This document shows positions 59,809 through 64,000 of a stretch of 64,000 bases of DNA, in pieces. Both the position numbers and the translations under genes were made by a program. This DNA is from Azolla caroliniana (Eukaryota > Plantae > Polypodiophyta): positions 11,780,001 through 11,844,000 of the forward strand of contig JBHGNT010000012.1 in assembly GCA_043228905.1 (NCBI GenBank), in the 5' to 3' direction. The notes under the pieces were generated by a model. The model had not been told where the DNA came from. It was given only the letters and a program-made list of their open reading frames with translations, and made no database searches. Numbering within the stretch: the stretch's first letter is position 1; every line of letters begins with the position of its first letter.

Positions 59809-62800
59809 CCGTAGTCCCCAGAACCGGGAGAAGTCGGGGACACAGTCAAAGTCAAGGGGAAGACCCACTTGCTTCTATTGCGGCAAGCCGGGACACTTCC
59901 AGAAGAACTGTCGGCATTTCCGAAAGGATAAGGAGACCGACGGTACCGATTCGAAGCGAACCCCGGACCAGAACGGTAAAGACCGGAGGGGGCCGGACCG
60001 GAAGGGAATAACGGCAATCGCGGCAAGTGAAGAAGAGTTGATGCTCATCACCGAGGAGAGTGAGATAAACCTTGCCGGCGATGAGATGACCTGGGTGGTA
60101 GACTCCGGAGCGTCGTTCCACCTTACCCCGGACCGGAAATGCTTCTCATCCTACTCAGCCGGTGATCACGGCTGTGTCCGGATGGGGAATGAATGTACAT
60201 GCCGAATTGTCGGCATAGGAGACGTGTGGCTGACAACACCAACCGGATGCAAGTTGCTGCTGAAGGATGTCCGACACATTCCGGAGGTTCGTCTGAACCT
60301 GATATCAGCCGGTCGGCTAGATGATGAAGGCTACACGGGTAGCATCCGGAACGGTGTCATGAAGTTCAGCAAAGGGAGCTTGATTGTGGCTCGGGCTCGG
60401 AAGGTCAACACACTGTACCTGATGAATGCCTGGTTATGTCCGGAAGAAGTGAACGTTGCATCCGACACTGCCGGTGAGCTGTGGCACAAGAGGCTGTGTC
60501 ATATGAGCGAGAAGGGGATGAAGAGGCTTGCAGATGACAAAATCATTCCAGTGAAGAACGTGCACTTGGAGAAGTGCATTGATTGTCTGGCCGGTAAGCA
60601 AAACCGGACCTCCTTCTGACCAAGGCCACCGATGAGACGTAATGCACCACTGGAGTTGGTGCATACGGATGTGTGTCAAGTAGACACGAAGTCACATGCC
60701 AGAGCGCAGTACTTCGTGACGTTCATAGATGACCACAACCAGGAGTTGTGAACCACACCGCTGAAGACGAAGGATCAGGTGCTATCCGTCTTCAAAGAGC
60801 TCCACGCGAGAGTGGAAAGAGAAACCGGTCGGAAGCTGAAGGCGGTTCGAGCAGATAACGGAGGAGAATACCGGGGGTAGTTCGAGGAGTATTGCCGCTC
60901 GAAGGGAATCCGGCTCGAATTTACCGTGCCGAAGACGCCGGAACTAAACGGGTTGGCCGAGAGGATGAACCGGACCATAATGGAGAGGGTCCAGAGTATG
61001 TTGGCGCATGCAAAACTACCCAAGAAGTTTTGGGCTGAGGCACTGTCGACGGCGACATATGTGATAAATAGATCACCCTTAGTACCCTTGGACGGAGACA
61101 CGCCACAGAGAGTGTGGACCGGTAAGGAAGTATCCTACCGGCATCTGAAGGTGTTCGGGTGTCTCGCGTATGTGCATGTAGCTAAGGACCGAAGAGGAAA
61201 GTTAGATCCAAAGACCCGGCCATGCATATTCCTCGGCTACGACGATGATGAGTTCGGCTACTGAGTGTGGGACCCGGTCGACAAGAAGGTATTCCGAAGT
61301 CGAGATATTATCTTCATGGAGGACAAGACGCTCGCCGACTGGGAGTCGGAGAAGAAGATAATGAACTCCGAGTCGACTGGTAAGGATCGACTCTACGATG
61401 AGCAGACCCAACCGGCAAGAGACCGGTTAGCACTCGAGGGACCAGCCGGTTACGGTGAGGATACAAAACAGGCTGAAGAAGAAGTAGAGGAAGCTGAAAC
61501 CAGAACCGGCCAAGACCCCGAATCGGATTCGGATGAAGAGCAAATGGAGGAGCCGGTTACCGAAGCCCGAAGAAGGAGATATCCTCTCAGAGAGAGAAGG
61601 GCCCCCCGGAGATTTCCGGATGCAGAGCATGTTCTGCTGACCGATGAGGGGGAGTCGGAAGCTTCGAAGAAGCGAAGGATGACACCCACAGCCGCAAATG
61701 GTTAAGTGCCATGTAGGACGAGATGGATTCCCTGCATGAGAACCATACGTACGAATTGGTGAAGTTGCCGAAAGGAAAGCGGGCACTCCGAAACAAGTGG
61801 GTGTACAAGTTGAAACCGGGAGATGTCGGCAACCCCCCGAGATACAAAGCCAGGATCGTGGTGAAGGGGTTCCAGCAGAAGAAGGGCGTGGACTTCGACG
61901 AGATATTTGCCCCAGTAGTAAAGATGACCTCCATCCGGACGGTGCTGAGTATAGCGGCAAGCATGGACCTCGAGGTAGAGCAGCTAGACGTGAAGGGCAT
62001 TCCTTCACGGTGACCTTGAAGAGGAGATCTACATAGGGAAGGAGCACTTGGTTTGTCGGTTGAAGAAGAGCCTCTACGGGTTGAAGCAGGCCCCCCTGTA
62101 ATGGTACCGGAAGTTTGACTCCTTCATGACCGATCAAGGGTACCACAAGACACAGGCCGATCACTGCGTGTTTGTGAAGAAGTTCGAAGGAGGTGACTTC
62201 CTGATACTCCTTCTGTACATGGACGACATGTTGATCGTCGGACGGGACCAAGTCAAAATACGGATGCTAAAGAAGGCTCTCAACCGGACCTTCTCAATGA
62301 AAGACTTGGGTCCGGCAAGACAGATGCTAGGGATGCATATTATCCGGAACCGGTCAGTGAAGCAATTATGGTTGTCACATGAGAAGTACGTGACAAAGGT
62401 GCTTCACCGGTTCAACATGTCAGATGCGAAACCGGTCGGATCGACACTTTCAGCAAACTGCAGGCTATCCTGTAAGCAAAGCCCGAAGATGAAAGCAGAG
62501 AAGGCGGATATGATTGTGGTGCCTCTGCCGTCGGGAGCTTGATGTACGCAATGGTGTGTACCCGGATATAGGATACGCAGTCGGAGTGGTGAGCCGGTTC
62601 ATGAGCAATCCTGGCAAGGAGCACTAGAACGCGGTCAAATGGATACTCCGGTATTTGAAGGGCACCCCAAGTATGTGTCTCCGATTCGGCTCCGGAAGAT
62701 CTCATATTGACGGTTTCACCGACTCGGACATGTCGGCTGATGTGGATACTAGCCGGTCTACATCCGGGTATGTAATGACATATGCAGGGGGAGCTATCTC

Positions 62801-64000
62801 GTGGCAGTCGAGGCTGCAGAAGACGGTTGCATTGTCAACCACGGAGGCGGAGTACATGGCGTCTGTGGAAGCCGGCAAGGAAATATTATGGATGAAGGAC
62901 TTCATCGGAGAGCTCGGTATCCGGCAAGATGAATACCGACTCTATTGCGACAGTCAAAGTGCCATCCACCTTGCTAAGAATGCGGCCTACCATTCCCGGA
63001 CGAAGCATATCCAGCGAAGATATCACTGGATCTGGGAAAGAGTAGATGACCAGGAGTTCGCGCTGACGAAGATCCACATGGCCGAGAACGGGTCAGATAT
63101 GCTGACCAAAGTTCTGATACCCGACAAGCTGGATGCATGCCTGAAGAGGATCAGACTGGTAAGACACCCCATGCTGGAGTGAAGGGGGAGTTTGTTGGGA
63201 GACAGGTCCCTCCGGATGGGAAACCCGATGACGAGTGCCCGGCTACGGAGAGCCGGATGGTACAAACCTGGTGAAGACCGGATGAGGAGTACCCGGCTAC
63301 GGAGGACCGGATGGTACAGACCCGATGAAGACCGGATGAGGAGTACCCGGCTACGGGGGACCGGATGGTGCAGGCCCGGTGAGAACCGGATGAGGAGTAC
63401 CCGGCTACGGAGGACCGGATGGTGCCGACCTGGTGAGAACCGGATGAGGAATACCCAGCTACGGAGGACCGGATGGTGCAGGCCCGGTGAGAACCGGATG
63501 AGGAGTACCCGACTACGGAGAGCTAGATGGTGAAGACCCGGTGAGGAGTGCTCTCCGGATGAAGAGACATATTCGTAAATATGTCTCTGAGAGTCCATCG
63601 TGGCTATATTTGTAAATAGCCGAAAAGTCATATTAGTATAAATATGACTTAGGGCAAACCTTTTTTTGTTGTAACTATTGTTGTTAATTCTTGTCTGCGC
63701 GAGATCAGAGCGCGTAATTGTGTACAGAGAGAGAGATAGAGAGAGAGAGAGAGGAAGAGGTCATTGCCTCTGTTGTAACCGCCGCCTGTGGCGAAGATTG
63801 TGAGCACGAGGTCGTTGCCTCCGTGAACTCACTGTTGTATATTCTAGCATAGTGATAGTTTGCAGTCTGTGGGCTGCCGTGGTTTTTCCCTAGTTTGGGT
63901 TTTCCACGTAAACATCTTGTGTACTCTTCTCTTCTCTGTGTCGTGTTTTATTTCCCATTTTCTGTGTATGATTCAAAGCTCGGTTGTGGCCGAGCGTTGC

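Larger units (their letters stand above)
57665..64000 (+). mobile_element. Ty1/copia element, near full length, with long repeat-containing LTRs
   Basis: 5' LTR 57665-58496, PBS TGGTATCATAGC at 58499, gag/PR (WVVDSGAS)/INT/RT (YMDDML)/RH, PPT GAAGGGGGAG at 63181-63190. The 3' LTR starts at 63193 and runs off the window. Confidence 0.93.

Overview
Plant (most likely moss/bryophyte) heterochromatin with no intact host gene. From about 8.85 kb to the end it is a nest of degenerate LTR retrotransposons. These include copia elements, Tcn1-like self-priming chromoviruses, a tRNA-Trp-primed gypsy family with 4-bp TSDs, Tat-like remnants and solo LTRs; many LTR, PBS, PPT and TSD boundaries are readable. 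The exception is the AT-rich first 8.8 kb, which holds three adjacent parts. (1) A Sola-like DDD transposase gene (5766-8551, +). (2) Head-to-head with it, a spliced gene (-) encoding a ParB/Srx-like domain fused to a bacterial-type beta-class amino-DNA methyltransferase (DIPY...QKP...DLFSGTG). (3) Inside that gene's first intron, a phased array of 31-bp palindromes with 20-bp spacers (51-bp period) showing symmetric substitutions. A diverged paralogue of the methyltransferase gene with the same intron positions lies at 46981-48655, so this is a multi-copy family. The best candidate for an undescribed system is a eukaryotic DNA transposon carrying its own ParB-methyltransferase plus a parS-like or operator-like palindrome array. 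Both gene copies are pseudogenes and no TIRs were identified, so the linkage into one element is inference.
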